A DNA stretch of 63,822 nucleotides, filler included, from Welwitschia mirabilis (lineage: Eukaryota), in assembly GCA_051453625.1 (NCBI GenBank). It is 5 parts of one record of this genome, joined end to end, with 100 filler letters (N's around TTAATTAATTAA, not from the genome) between each part and the next. Parts side by side here need not be neighbours in the genome. Positions count along the whole stretch, not along the records: positions 1 to 25,443 come from JBOZIK010000001.1; 4 more parts are not named here. One strand, given 5' to 3'. A program made the translations under genes and the position numbers. The notes beneath the pieces were generated by a model that saw only the letters and a program-made list of their open reading frames with translations, did no database searches and was not told where the DNA came from. This document shows, in pieces, positions 1-13,500 of this stretch (its first letter is position 1; every line of letters begins with the position of its first letter).

Positions 1-144
1 AGGCTACAAAACTATCATGATCCACAAAACATCATAGGCACCTCTATAGATAAAGGCAAAACCAAAAGACAAATAACAGAATTTGCTCGTTTAGCTTTAT
101 GCGATGAGAGTAAAAGGAGAGACCGAATAATAGAGCATTTAGCT

Positions 145-1369
145 TTGAATGCCAAAGTTATGCAAGCAGATCCGATTAGATACAAAAAAGCAAAAGATTT
201 TCCACATTGGGTGGAGGTAATGAAAGAGGAGATTAACCAGATTGAGAAGAATCAAACTGGGATCCTNNNNNNNNNNNNNNNNNNNNNNNNNNNNNNNNNN
301 NNNNNNNNNNNNNNNNNNNNNNNNNNNNNNNNNNNNNNNNNNNNNNNNNNNNNNNNNNNNNNNNNNNNNNNNNNNNNNNNNNNNNNNNNNNNNNNNNNNN
401 NNNNNNNNNNNNNNNNNNNNNNNNNNNNNNNNNNNNNNNNNNNNNNNNNNNNNNNNNNNNNNNNNNNNNNNNNNNNNNNNNNNNNNNNNNNNNNNNNNNN
501 NNNNNNNNNNNNNNNNNNNNNNNNNNNNNNNNNNNNNNNNNNNNNNNNNNNNNNNNNNNNNNNNNNNNNNNNNNNNNNNNNNNNNNNNNNNNNNNNNNNN
601 NNNNNNNNNNNNNNNNNNNNNNNNNNNNNNNNNNNNNNNNNNNNNNNNNNNNNNNNNNNNNNNNNNNNNNNNNNNNNNNNNNNNNNNNNNNNNNNNNNNN
701 NNNNNNNNNNNNNNNNNNNNNNNNNNNNNNNNNNNNNNNNNNNNNNNNNNNNNNNNNNNNNNNNNNNNNNNNNNNNNNNNNNNNNNNNNNNNNNNNNNNN
801 NNNNNNNNNNNNNNNNNNNNNNNNNNNNNNNNNNNNNNNNNNNNNNNNNNNNNNNNNNNNNNNNNNNNNNNNNNNNNNNNNNNNNNNNNNNNNNNNNNNN
901 NNNNNNNNNNNNNNNNNNNNNNNNNNNNNNNNNNNNNNNNNNNNNNNNNNNNNNNNNNNNNNNNNNNNNNNNNNNNNNNNNNNNNNNNNNNNNNNNNNNN
1001 NNNNNNNNNNNNNNNNNNNNNNNNNNNNNNNNNNNNNNNNNNNNNNNNNNNNNNNNNNNNNNNNNNNNNGCTAGTTGTCTACATATTCAATATTCTGTAA
1101 GCTTCCTATTAAGGTTTATGAATAAGCTTAAATATCCCCATCTAATGGCAGTAAAAAGAGTATTGAGGTATATAAAAGGCACTTTACAATATGACTTATT
1201 TTATGACTCTGACGAGAATATGCAATTAGTTGGATATATATATGCCAATTGGGCAAGATCATTAGACAATAGAAAGAGCACTTCAAGTTTTGTAATAATA
1301 AGGGGAAAGAGTTTGTTTTCCTAGTGCAGTAAAAAACAATCAATTATGGCTTTGTCAACAGCAGAAGTA
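145..1369 (+). pseudogene. Ty1/copia pol remnant (RT start, RT end and RNase H), mostly in gaps
   Basis: DPIRYKKAKDFPHWVEVMKEEINQIEKNQT (RT N-terminus); HLMAVKRVLRYIKGT...ANWARSLDNRKSTS...SKKQSIMALSTAE (copia RNase H) with an in-frame stop. Confidence 0.9.
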
Positions 1370-2004
1370 NNNNNNNNNNNNNNNNNNNNNNNNNNNNNNN
1401 NNNNNNNNNNNNNNNNNNNNNNNNNNNNNNNNNNNNNNNNNNNNNNNNNNNNNNNNNNNNNNNNNNNNNNNNNNNNNNNNNNNNNNNNNNNNNNNNNNNN
1501 NNNNNNNNNNNNNNNNNNNNNNNNNNNNNNNNNNNNNNNNNNNNNNNNNNNNNNNNNNNNNNNNNNNNNNNNNNNNNNNNNNNNNNNNNNNNNNNNNNNN
1601 NNNNNNNNNNNNNNNNNNNNNNNNNNNNNNNNNNNNNNNNNNNNNNNNNNNNNNNNNNNNNNNNNNNNNNNNNNNNNNNNNNNNNNNNNNNNNNNNNNNN
1701 NNNNNNNNNNNNNNNNNNNNNNNNNNNNNNNNNNNNNNNNNNNNNNNNNNNNNNNNNNNNNNNNNNNNNNNNNNNNNNNNNNNNNNNNNNNNNNNNNNNN
1801 NNNNNNNNNNNNNNNNNNNNNNNNNNNNNNNNNNNNNNNNNNNNNNNNNNNNNNNNNNNNNNNNNNNNNNNNNNNNNNNNNNNNNNNNNNNNNNNNNNNN
1901 NNNNNNNNNNNNNNNNNNNNNNNNNNNNNNNNNNNNNNNNNNNNNNNNNNNNNNNNNNNNNNNNNNNNNNNNNNNNNNNNNNNNNNNNNNNNNNNNNNNN
2001 NNNN

Positions 2005-2320
2005 TCCTTCTTTTGTGCTTATCCTCATTCCATTTTGTATGCCCTGATAAGGCAGGTTGAAAATCAGTTTTGATCTGATTTAAATATCATATTTTTCTCC
2101 TTTTTTTGGGCTTATCTTCATTCCATTTTGTATACCCTGATAAGGTAGGTTGAAAATTAGTTTTGATCTTATTTGAATGCCATATTTTTCTCCTTCTTTT
2201 GTGCTTATTCTCATTCTATTCTGTATGTCCTGATAAGACAGGTTGAAAATCATTTTTGATTTGATTTGAATGCCATATTTTTCTCCTTTTTTGTGCTTGT
2301 CCTCATCCCATTTGTATACC
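2005..2320. repeat. 93-bp tandem repeat, about 3.4 visible copies (may continue into the upstream gap)
   Basis: Unit tccttcttttgtgcttatcctcattcc...gaaaatcagttttgatc...catatttttc starts at 2005, 2098, 2191, 2284. Confidence 0.92.
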
Positions 2321-3282
2321 CAAATGTTATCAATTTTTGTTTAGAAAAGAAGGAAGACATCTATTTAAATTGCTGGTAGAATGGGTGCAAAGAGAGAAGA
2401 CAAGCCAAAAGACAGATACAACACAGAAGTCCCTCAGAGGAGGAGAAATTGAAAGGGCCATTTCATGTTAGTGTGCAGAAGAGAAAAGATGGGCTTGTGA
2501 TAATAATTACCTATGAAGAGAGCATTATCAAATGGTTGATGCAGACAAGCTAATAGAGATCTGCAACGGGCAAATGTACCCTTCTTGATGTAGACTATCA
2601 GGTTTCTTCTATTGAATGAATTGATATTAATTTAGATTCAGTTGTTTCTATCCATGCCCTTACAATTATTATTTCTGGTTCTACATCAGTTAAATATGGG
2701 TAAAGCCATATGTGATTTCCTATCAGTAGTCATTCAATGACAGAGATACTGTGGAAATGACTTAGAATTTAGATTTTAAAATCAGGCAAGATTTGTAATT
2801 GAATAAAGTTTTTTTAGGAAGTTTTTCTTATTAGTCATTATCAAGCAGAAACACTCTATGACAAAAATATGAAAATTCCAGATTTGAAAATGACAACATG
2901 ATGTTGCTGTCTAAATGTTATTTTAAAAGGCACATTTAAGATTATTCATAAGATATTGTTGTCATTGTTATGATAGAAATCGTTTACAAATAATTGACGT
3001 CTTCATACAAGTCGAAAGAGCTTATTTAGTTGACACTTTTTATGTGTTTTTGAATCTACATAATTTACTGTTGAATCATTAAAGATCCTTGTGAAGGTTT
3101 TAGGCCTTCCTACGTATCTAGGTCAAAACTATGACCTTCAGTGTGGATGATTGACTTGAAAATGGATTTGGTATACAAAAAGGCTTAAAGGAATGATTAA
3201 ATAAGTGATAATATTGTGGTGTTTTTCATCAGAAAAACATCCTTAAGTAAAGCTTGTTCTTTTGTGAAATGACTTAACCACT

Positions 3283-3543
3283 TCACATTTTGACTATGTC
3301 GAAAGGAGACTCAAGAACATTTTGACTAGAGTCAAATGATGGTCTAGGATAGGAAACATTTAGCTTATGCAGAGAACATTCAAAGCCATGAATTTTGTTA
3401 ATCAAATTAACCTCCTCAGAGTCACTTGGTAATTTCATTGTGTAGAAAATATTTAAGTTTACAGTCATATTGCCAAATGATATTTTCATTTGACCATTCC
3501 TACAATTAAGGAGAGCATTGAATGTTGTGAGGAAAGGTCTATT
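3283..3543 (-). pseudogene. Athila-like Ty3/gypsy protease-downstream fragment (distal part of the element at 19116-20850)
   Basis: RPFLTTFNALLNCRNGQMKISFGNMTVNLNIF matches the GRPFLAT..ALIDC..G.L.L.FG motif that follows the gypsy aspartic protease. Confidence 0.8.
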
Positions 3544-3545
3544 AG

Positions 3546-4697
3546 TATTGGAATTGCATCCTAGGGGGTGAATAGGGTATTAATAATTTTAACAGAATTA
3601 TTTGATAACTAAAATAATAATCTTAAGAAATTTAAACAAAATAAAAAAATAAAAGTATACACAATAAAGAACACCACACATTTGTAGTGATTCAACAAGA
3701 CACCTACTCCACTCTTAGGAGGCAGTAAGAACCTTCAGCCTCCTGGTTCCTTTAACACTTTTCTTCATGAGACTTATAATCCCCTTATCCTAAAAGGTCT
3801 ATAATCCTTCTAGCACCCTTCACTAGGGTCTTGATGCTTTTACAGCAGGCTCTTCCAGAGCATAATATAATAGCTCTAATTAGATATGAGTTCTGATGGA
3901 ATCTATGCCTATCTTGCATCCATAATCAACTTGTACAATTAAATGCTCCTTAAGGAGCTGATGTCTCATTAACATACAAGACAATTACAGCAAAAAAACA
4001 GAACAAAGGATAGTACAATGTATACAAAGTCTATCAAAAATTTTCTCAGAGATTGGAAGATAGTTTTTTCATGGACCTGGTGTCCTTTTAATATCATGAC
4101 ATAAAAACTAGTTGTTGCAACTTCATGTAGAGCTCCCTTTTGCTTTGGCTGATGTGGTAGATGAATGTTTTGACCATTTACTCCTTGATTTGCTAAATCT
4201 GATACTTCCAATAGTCAACCTTTTGCTTCAACATTCACTGACCTGGATGTCTTAGTCCAAGATTCCAGATGTCCCACTTTTAATTACTTTTTCTGTACCA
4301 ACTAAGAAGAAGGCTAGATGTCCCAATTCAAAGGGTAAACGTCACATCTTCACAATGGTGTGTATAGTCCTGGACATCTCGAGAATATGGGTCAGACATC
4401 CCAATGAGAATTAACTGCTAAGATGACCATATGTCTTGAGAAGATAAGTTGGACATCCTAATATGAAACAACCACTAATAGGCCTAGAAATCCCGAGAAG
4501 ATAGGTCGAACATCCCAATATGAAACAACTGCTAATAGGCTCGAACATCCTGAGAAGATAGGTCAGAGGTCCTCANNNNNNNNNNNNNNNNNNNNNNNNN
4601 NNNNNNNNNNNNNNNNNNNNNNNNNNNNNNNNNNNNNNNNNNNNNNNNNNNNNNTGTGGGAGACCCAAGATCATCATTAAAACCCGTTTCTTCAATA
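3546..4697 (-). repeat. 3' LTR of the Sirevirus-like element
   Basis: Colinear similarity to 18062-19115 (e.g. tttgataa.taaaataataatctta, gctccttaaggagct); adjacent C-run PPT complement at 4698. Confidence 0.85.
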
Positions 4698-5249
4698 ATC
4701 CCCCCCCGCCCCGCTTTTTGATGATGACAAACCCATTTTCGGAATAGGAGATAAAAGAGAGAAGACTTACTTCCCTTAAATTTGCGCCCTTGCAAATTGA
4801 CAAAGACCTGCATAAATAGACTAAACAAAAGGGTATTCTTTACAAATTTGGTTAGCACATCTAAGCAGAACGGATGGAAGACGACTTCCAAAACAAATTG
4901 GAATTGATAGAACATCATGTGGTGCATAGAGAATGATAAATAATATCTACCATTTAATGCCAAGAAACATATAATTACAAATGACATGAGATAAATAATG
5001 AGTTTGCTCATTAAGTTAATGCTCTTTTGGATTTTTGTTTTTATTGTCCCTTAAGATTTCTTCCCCTTTATCATTATTGAAAAGTGGTAAAAGAGTAAGA
5101 CAAAGCTACATGCAAATAATAAAAGTGAAGAATTCAATTGAGATAGAACAAAAGAGAGTTTATATTACTGATAAATGACTACAAAATATAGCATGTTTGG
5201 TGAGTACAAAATGAGAGTATAAAATAACACAGGGACCACACTATTCTAA

Positions 5250-6340
5250 TGAACTATCATGCTCACGTGAAAACTATTGCTCATTTTTCTTCATAAGAGC
5301 CAAGAAAAATATCAAGACCATATGTTGATAGACCAAAGATGACACAACCAACCTTTTTGTGCACTTTATTTGCTATGGCCTATGCTTTTAAGGCAATATC
5401 TTTGACTTTAGTGATGGCACATGATAGATCTTCATTTAAGACGAGCCCTGAACCAGAACTAGTGCCTTCTAAAGTGTGTTTCTTCTTTTGAGAAGAAGGA
5501 GGAAGTGGACCTTCTATATCTAAAAAGATGTTCATCCTATTAAATAAACCCCAAGTGGTTTTGGCACCTTGATCAACTCATCATTTTTATACACAATAAA
5601 CTAATGATTCTCTAATAGTATAGTGACAAGGCCTCCAAATGATAAACTAAAGTGACTGGCAACCATAAATTGACTCATTTAGTGCATAATGAATTTACAC
5701 AAATTAATGTTCAATCCAGTGCAGAAATAAAATAGGGTATAAGCACATAGTGGTAATACTTCATCTCTATGCCCTAACTTAGGACCCAAGTTGTGAGTGA
5801 AAATCTAGACTAAAACTCTATAGAAGGGATTGAGTTTATGTGTAGGAATGTTGACCCTCCAAGTTACTTGTACCCCACAAAGTTCATTAGCTAGAGCATC
5901 CTTTCAAATTCCTTCACGTCAAGATCTAGCGTGAGTTATTTCATGAAACATGCCTTTATTGGATTACCCACTAATTAGAGAAATATATTTCAAGTCCACA
6001 TCTACTTTCCTACCAAAAACTTTTGTAGAAATTCTCCAATGAACTGGGTCAAAACTTGCATTACAATAAAACATTCTTACTGTTTTGGAAGAGGCTCTTG
6101 TATCAAGATCCAAGGCATACATCCAGCCTTGTTTTTCAAATTTGTATGCTATCTTGACTTCATGTCTAAATGATTCAAAATCTATTTTTCTTTTTAGAGT
6201 CAAGGCCCTACTTGAGAAGTAAAAACCATAGCTTGTTGTAGTCTGTAGACTACAACCACTCTTCTTCTGATGCTGGCTCTTTTCTTTTCCTGAAGACAAT
6301 GAGCTTAGGTCTAACCATGATGGAGGCTCAACAAAGTGCT
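5250..6340 (-). pseudogene. Sirevirus extra (env-like position) ORF, degraded
   Basis: RALTLKRKIDFESFRHEVKIAYKFEKQGWMYALDLDTRASSKTVRMFYCNA...KVFGRKVDVDL, homologous to the copies at 52233-53300 and 54046-54660. Confidence 0.8.
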
Positions 6341-6739
6341 CAAAACAAGAGTTCTGGAAGAGATGAGAATGTGTACAAGAAATGAGGAGAAGATGAAGTG
6401 AAAGAGGTTTTAAAACAACAAAAAACAAAGAGGTGTCTATACGAATTTGCATTCACGGATAAAAGCAGATGTTCAGGTTTTAAAATAGGGGCATCCAAGT
6501 TTTAAAAACCCAGATTTGCACAAATTAAAAAAGTGGATGCCTGAGAAAATTATTTGAAACATCTGGGTTTAAAAAAACAAATATAGGAGGGGATGTCCAA
6601 GTGAAATACCAGGATGTCCAGAAGCAGAGGTGATGACAAATGAGGGTACAATCCAGAAATTTTGAGAACCATTTAGAAAAAATAATGACAAATTCGAGGA
6701 ATATGGATTATTATTATGAAGATGGATTAACAAGATGAG

Positions 6740-9700
6740 GGGAAAGCCCCTATGCCTAGATTCTTTCTAAGATAGATAAACCTTTCCTCATTTAATCCTT
6801 TGATCATAACATTAGAGATTTGATCTTGAATAGGGACATATTCTAATTAAATAATGTTGTTTTGAACCTACTCTTGAATAAAATGAGGTCGAATGTCTAT
6901 GAGTATTGTCCTTGAATATTAAATAGGGTTCTTCTTGATATTAATTGTATTTGTATTATCATAATAGAGTTTGATTGAGTCAAACTTTACTTCAAAATCT
7001 GTCAACATTTGTTTCATCCACAAGAGTTGAGCACAACAAGATCTAACTGCAATGTATTCAGCCTTAGCTATAGATAGAGATTTTGAGTTTTGCTTCCTAC
7101 TTAGCCAAGACACTAAAAAAATTCCCACATAAAAATAGGCTCCATTAGTACTTTTAATATCATCGACATAATCAAACTAGTCAGCATCACTATACCCAGC
7201 CAGATCTAGTGAAGTGTAATATGAGTACTAAAGACCATGATGTTAAATCATTTTATCACAAGATTCATTTCACACACATTAGATGGGATCCTCTTAGATC
7301 AAATTGATATTTTACACATATTCCAACGCTGTGAGCCATGTCAGGTCTGCTAGTGATAATATACAAAAGACTACCAATCAATCCTTTGTATGATTTCTTA
7401 TGTACCTTCTTTCCCACCTCATCCTTGCAAATCTTGACATTGGTTGATAAGAGTGTCTTGGCATCTTTTGAATTTCTCATTTTATACTTATCTAGGATCT
7501 CTTGAATGTACTTTGATTGATAGATGAAGATTCCATCTAGAGTTTGCTTAATCTGAAGTCCTAAAAAGAAATGAAGTTCCTAAACTAGACTTATTTCAAA
7601 CTCATTTTGCATTAATTGAAAAAAATCTAAGGCAAGGGATTCTTTTGTAGATCCAAATACAATATCATCAACATAAATCTGAGCTATAAGAATATGTTCA
7701 CTGCTGTATTTGATAAATAACATGGGATCAGCATTACCTTTTGAAAAGTTGTTCGAGATCAGAAAACAATTCAGCCTGTCAAACCAAGCTCTTGGAACTT
7801 GTTTTAGATCATATAACACCTTGTTCAACTTAAAAATACGATTAGGAAATTTTGAGTCTATGAAACCAAGTGATTTAGCAATGTAAACTTCTTCATTTAT
7901 GAATCCCTTCAAAAAGGCACTCTTCACATCCATTTGTTATAACTTCATCTTGAGATAACTTGCGAAGGCTACTAACATCCTAATAGCTTTTAATCTAGCC
8001 ACTAGAGCAAATGTTTCTCTATAATCAATACCTTCTTCTTGGTTGTATCCTTGAGTAACTAATCTGATCGTATTTTAAATTATATTTTGATCTTCATCCT
8101 TCTTATTCTTAAAAACCCATTTTGTTCCAATTATGTGCCTAACTTTGGAAGCAGGGACAAGTTCCTAGACTTTGTTTCATTCAAACTTGTAAAGTTCCTG
8201 TTGCATTACTAACATCCAAGAATCATCACACTCTGCTTCCTCAAAAGTTTTAGATCCTACAGAAGATATAAAACATAGAAAACTGTTACTTGTACTTTTT
8301 CCACTTCTAATGGTTATCCCTTGATCTGGATTACTTACAATGTTGTCTTGAGGGTGATCTTTCTTAGTTCTAAGGGGACGAGATAAGCACTTTTTTGTGT
8401 TACTTCTTTCACTTGTACTTGAAGTTGAAGAGGTACTAAGACTTGNNNNNNNNNNATCAAAAGAAGAAATGATGTCATCATCATGTCTAATCTATCTCAT
8501 AGTCTCATCTTTTGTGTCCTCCACCTTCAAATGAGTAGGTTCCTTACTTTTGCATGAGGAATTATTGTAAACTCTATATGTGTTACTAGTTGTTGAATTG
8601 CCCAATAAAAACACTTCATCAACTTTAGATTCAAGTTTACTTCTTGTTCCTTTATCCTTCAAGATTAAACATTTGCTACCAAATACTTTAAAATAAATAA
8701 AGGTATGCTTTCTTCCACTCCATAATTTGTAGGCAGTTTTACTTGTTCTTCGTTGTAAGAAAACTCTATTACTTATGTAGCATATAGTGTTTATTGCATT
8801 AGCCTAAAAGTGTTGTGGAAGGTCTTTCTCATTTAGCATTGTTTTGTTATCTTAATGAGAACTCTATTCTTTCCTTCAGCAACTCCATTTGGTTGAGGAG
8901 TCCTAGGGGCTAGAATTTGATGGACTATTTCATTGAAGCCACAGAATCTTTTAAATCTTCAATTTACAAACTCTTCTCCTTTATCTGGTCTAACCATTTT
9001 AATAGTATATCCCTTTCCATTCTAAATCCTTTTACATACTTTGATAAACATCTCAAAATCATCATCCTTAAAAGAGAGAAATGAAACCCAACTATACCTT
9101 GAGAAGTCATCCACCATCACAAGGAAATATTTCTTCCTCTAATACTCTAGTTTGTATTGATCCCACTAAATCCATGTGAATTAGGTCTAATGGCCTAATA
9201 CAAGAAGTCTCCATTTTACTTTTGAAGGATGACTTAATAAGCTTACCTTTTATATAAGAGTTGCAAATTTTGGCTTGAGAAATGTCTAGCTTAGGGACAT
9301 CTCTTACTATTTCCTTGGAGGAAATATTCCTTAAATCCTTCAGATTCATATGGCCTGCTCTCCTATGCCATAAGTTTACTTCTTCATCTTTGGCCATATA
9401 ACATCTTCCTCCCTATTTTTCATCACAGCCTAATACATAAATACACTTGGACCTACTACTTGTGAGAATCACATTATTAGAGGAAGCATTTCGAACAACA
9501 CATTCATCTTTGTAAAGAGACACAACATTTCCTCTATCACATATTTGAGATATGCTAAGTAGATTGTACTTCAATCTATCGACTAGGTAGACAACACTAA
9601 TAGTTGAACGATTTTGGTTGATTGTGATGGATCCTTTACCAATTATATGTCCTTTGTATTGTCTCCAAAAATTACTACATCACCACAATATTCTTGAAAA

Positions 9701-10530
9701 GAAGAGAGCAAGCTCCTATTACTAGTCATGTGCCTTGAAAAACCATATTTAGGTACCATTTTGACTTTTCTTAAGCTCTAATAAAAATATGGATGTGTTT
9801 TTTCTTACCCATTGCAAATTATGTCTCTTAGGTTGAGGGTTGTCATACTTCTTGATGAATCTTATATTGTTATTGAATCCAAAATAAAAAGATTTCTTGT
9901 GGGGACAAAAGAATTGAATATGACTAAATTTATTGTAATAATGACATCTTAGACTTACTTTACCAAAGGATTAATATTTGACACTTGGAGTAAAGTTTGA
10001 TTGGAGAGGAGAAAAATTATCAAAACTACCTACTTCATATTTATCATTAGGATTACGTCCAAGTCATAAAAGTCTGTTTAGGTTGTCTTTCCCTTATGTT
10101 AAGTGACAAGCAATGAATTTTGCATCTTCAAGTTTCTTTGTTAACGGTTCTATTTTGATGTTGGTATTTTTTACCTCAACTTTTAAGTCTTTGATAGTTT
10201 TCTTATAAATAGCCTTTTCTTGCCTAGTTCTATACTAAGTGCATACAATTTGTCATAGGCATTCAACAATTCATTGTATTCTAAGTCAAGATCATCACAA
10301 GTGTGAAAGTCATTTTCAGATGAATTATGTTCATTTTCTAAAAGGAAGCTGGCAATAATAAAATAATAATGAGTTGGGGTACTTACCTCATCTGCTATTG
10401 CTAGTCGACCAATGTCCATGACTTCTTCTTCATCACTTATGGTTGCATTGTCTCCCTCTGAGTCATTATCCCAAGTTGCATTTATCACCTTCTTTCCTTT
10501 TCCTTTTGTCCTTTTATCTTTCTTTTTATT
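6740..10530 (-). pseudogene. Sirevirus-like gag C-terminus and pol (PR, INT, RT, RH) with stops and frameshifts
   Basis: LWHRRAGHMN; PLDLIHMDLVG; MDVKSAFLKG...LYDLKQVPRAW...QIYVDDIVFGS; VSWLSRKQNS...AEYIA. Confidence 0.92.
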
Positions 10531-10537
10531 TGCTCAT

Positions 10538-13500
10538 TGTTTGCATGTCAAAATTAACATTATAAGCAAATCTGATTAATCAATTAACATAGAGAGAAAC
10601 ATTAAGACATATTATTTTATCATATATTAATGTTTTCTGTCCTTTTTATTGTTTTTAATGCAATTATGGATTTCCCTTACCATTAGCAAGTTTGTTGCTA
10701 GCTTTTGAAGAACAGTTCCAAAATTGATTGATTTCCAGCACCAAACACAGGTGCCACTGGCTAGGACTACTGACGCAACTGGGCTTCTAAGTTAAACTTC
10801 TCCAAATCTCACATTCTTGTATTGTTCCAGGGAATTAATCACTTTGCACTTATGGGCTTAGTTAGATAAAAAATCAAATTCAACCTTAATTTCATCAACA
10901 CTTGGTGGAAGCACAAATCAATACATTATGACAACAATGAGGATGATCATGTAGCAGACACATGACATGGCATCCATTAGTAAGAACATCAACAGTCAAA
11001 GGACATGTCACCACCATGATATGAGAATGAAGCATCCTTCTTTATGGCTACATGCCAATATATTTGTAGCTCCCTCTTTATGTAACCATCCTTAAGTAAC
11101 TCTCCTTATGTAACTGCTACCTAATGCATAAAGATGACACCTAATGTAATCATGACAATGTCTCTCCAAGCCTTTCCTTATCTATAAAAGGGCCTTAAGT
11201 GCCCATTGTAAACATCTTTTGGATGGCTTAACACACGGAAGACTTGGAGACTTGGACGTCATAACGCTCTGACACTCTTTTTTGGGGGTGGAATGATTTG
11301 AGGCTAGTTGAGAAGTCTTACTCTTCACTCTTCTCCAATTGATGTAATGTATAATCATTTTAGATTTTAATATAAGAGCTGATTTAAGCCGTTTCATTGT
11401 TATTGTGTAATTTATTTGGTATTAGCAATATTTAGGTAGGACTAGTTCTTGAAATAAGTCCATTCTTTTATTGTTAATGATCAAAAAACAATATTAGCAA
11501 TCTTTAGGTGAGCTTGTTTACTTGTCAAGTTCTTTGAAGCTATGTCAGTTATTAAAAGTTACTTTTGTGATTTATATCTCCTATTGTTTGACAGATATTA
11601 TGCACTTAGGTTTATCATTTCCGTACTTATAAAGGGCTATGAAGTATCAAAAGGATTGGATAACTCACTAATACTTATGTGGTGGATAAGATTATGCCTC
11701 TATGCTAAGCCTTAATGACTTGATTATTTAGTGCATATTTTAGGATACAAGAATCATTGAAGTAAAGAAGGAGAGTTAGATGAATCACCAGATTCTTGTA
11801 TCATTTCCACTCCTTTGAATCACTAATTAAAGATTACTTCCTTTCTCAAACTTCCTGATTGTCTTTTATTTGCATTTTCCATTATAAGTAGATTTTATCT
11901 TGTATTTTTTTATTAAATTTACCTCATATATCCCTGTGGAAGAAGGATACTAGGTGTTTCATATAGTTTAAATCTGGATTAGTGCTATACACGATTAAAT
12001 TTTGGCATCCTTCTTAGGGATATATTTGCATGGTAATTTTTTTAAAAGTGCATGATTTTCTTCTTGCAATTTGAAGTTAGATTTTATTTTTCCAATGGTG
12101 GCTATTTGTCCTCTTTCTAGTGATACCCGAACTAGTCCTTTTCCTTTTCATTTATGTTTCTTTCCAATGGTAAGTACTAGTCCTTTTCTAATAAAACTTC
12201 AATTGGTCCAGATTATTAAGTTTGGTTACTTTTCTAATAGCTAAAACTTCATTTTTATATCTGATATTTGAGTTGTAGGTTGAATGGCTTTCTTGTAGAT
12301 GCAACCAAACCAAAAATTGTGAGTTAAAATTGAACCAAACTCAAATGATTTGTTGTGTGTTTTTTGCTTTTCTGATTTCTATAAAAATCTGTAAATTTTT
12401 TAGTTCTGTCAGTTTTCATTTCTGCTAGAATTTTTAAGAAAATTCAAAAACATTTAGGTTAATTTCTTAAGTCAAATTTTTGCAAAAACACAGTCCTTTT
12501 GGGTTTTTGTTCAAGTCTTCTCAGACCATGTAATCCAAGACCTTTTGGATAGATCTTACGACCCCTCTGTCTTTTTCCCAAACTATGTTGCTTAATCAGA
12601 TTGGTGTCACCATCATCCTTGATTGGCGCCGCTGGTATTCCTACTTAAACTACTATGTACTTTCAGTTGAACCCTTCTATCACCTTTCTAAATCTTCTGA
12701 GATTGCAAGCCTCCTCCAAAACTGAGAAAAATACAAAAATGTGGACTTTTAGTTTAAACCATCAACCATTTTCTTAAAATTAAATCATGATTTGGGCCCT
12801 AATTCCATTTGAAATATCTTTCAATCAACAAACTATCTACCCCTACAATTCCTAGAATTATAATCAACTTAAATGCACTATAGGAGACTTTATTNNNNNN
12901 NNNNGAAGAGTATCCTCAACCCTCTCTATGCATAGATCAAACTCCTTACAACTTCGAATTTGGAAATCCCTATCATGAACCAAGAGAGTTTGATCCCACT
13001 TCATCCTTCATCCCTCATGATCCTTATCCTTTAACTTCATATTTGTTATCCTTTGATCCATACCCTTCATTTCCTTTTTAGTTCCCTTCATTATTTAACC
13101 AAGACCATTCATCTCCTAAAATTCAACAACCCTCTTCAAATTCCTTGGAAGACATTCTTACAAGATTCATGAAAGCCCAAATACAAACAAACCAAAGGCT
13201 TGAGCAAAATATCTAATAGTTAAACTAAGTCACTACTCAAATCTTTAGTACACTTAACGAACAAGAAGAAGAAGAAAACCTTTTCACATTCCATGAACTT
13301 ACAAGCCTAAAAATCTATGAAGGGATTAATGAGACTAGAACTAATGACCTACAAACTCTATCCCTTAGGAATGAGGAAGAAGCCCATAACGAAAACAACA
13401 AAAACATCCTGGAGGACCTTGAGTTTAGACATGCATTAGAGAATGATCGATTAGGTGCATGTGGATTGTACTTCAAAGTAAAATTAGATACTTCAAACGA

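Noticed and set aside
145..2047. Long ORFs of 230-400 aa in the ORF track (also 33387-34662)
   Set aside because: Their length comes from N runs translated as X
2380..2601. Purine-rich exon-like segment bounded by AG and GT
   Set aside because: The frames I translated contain stops and show no recognisable homology to S28 or any other protein
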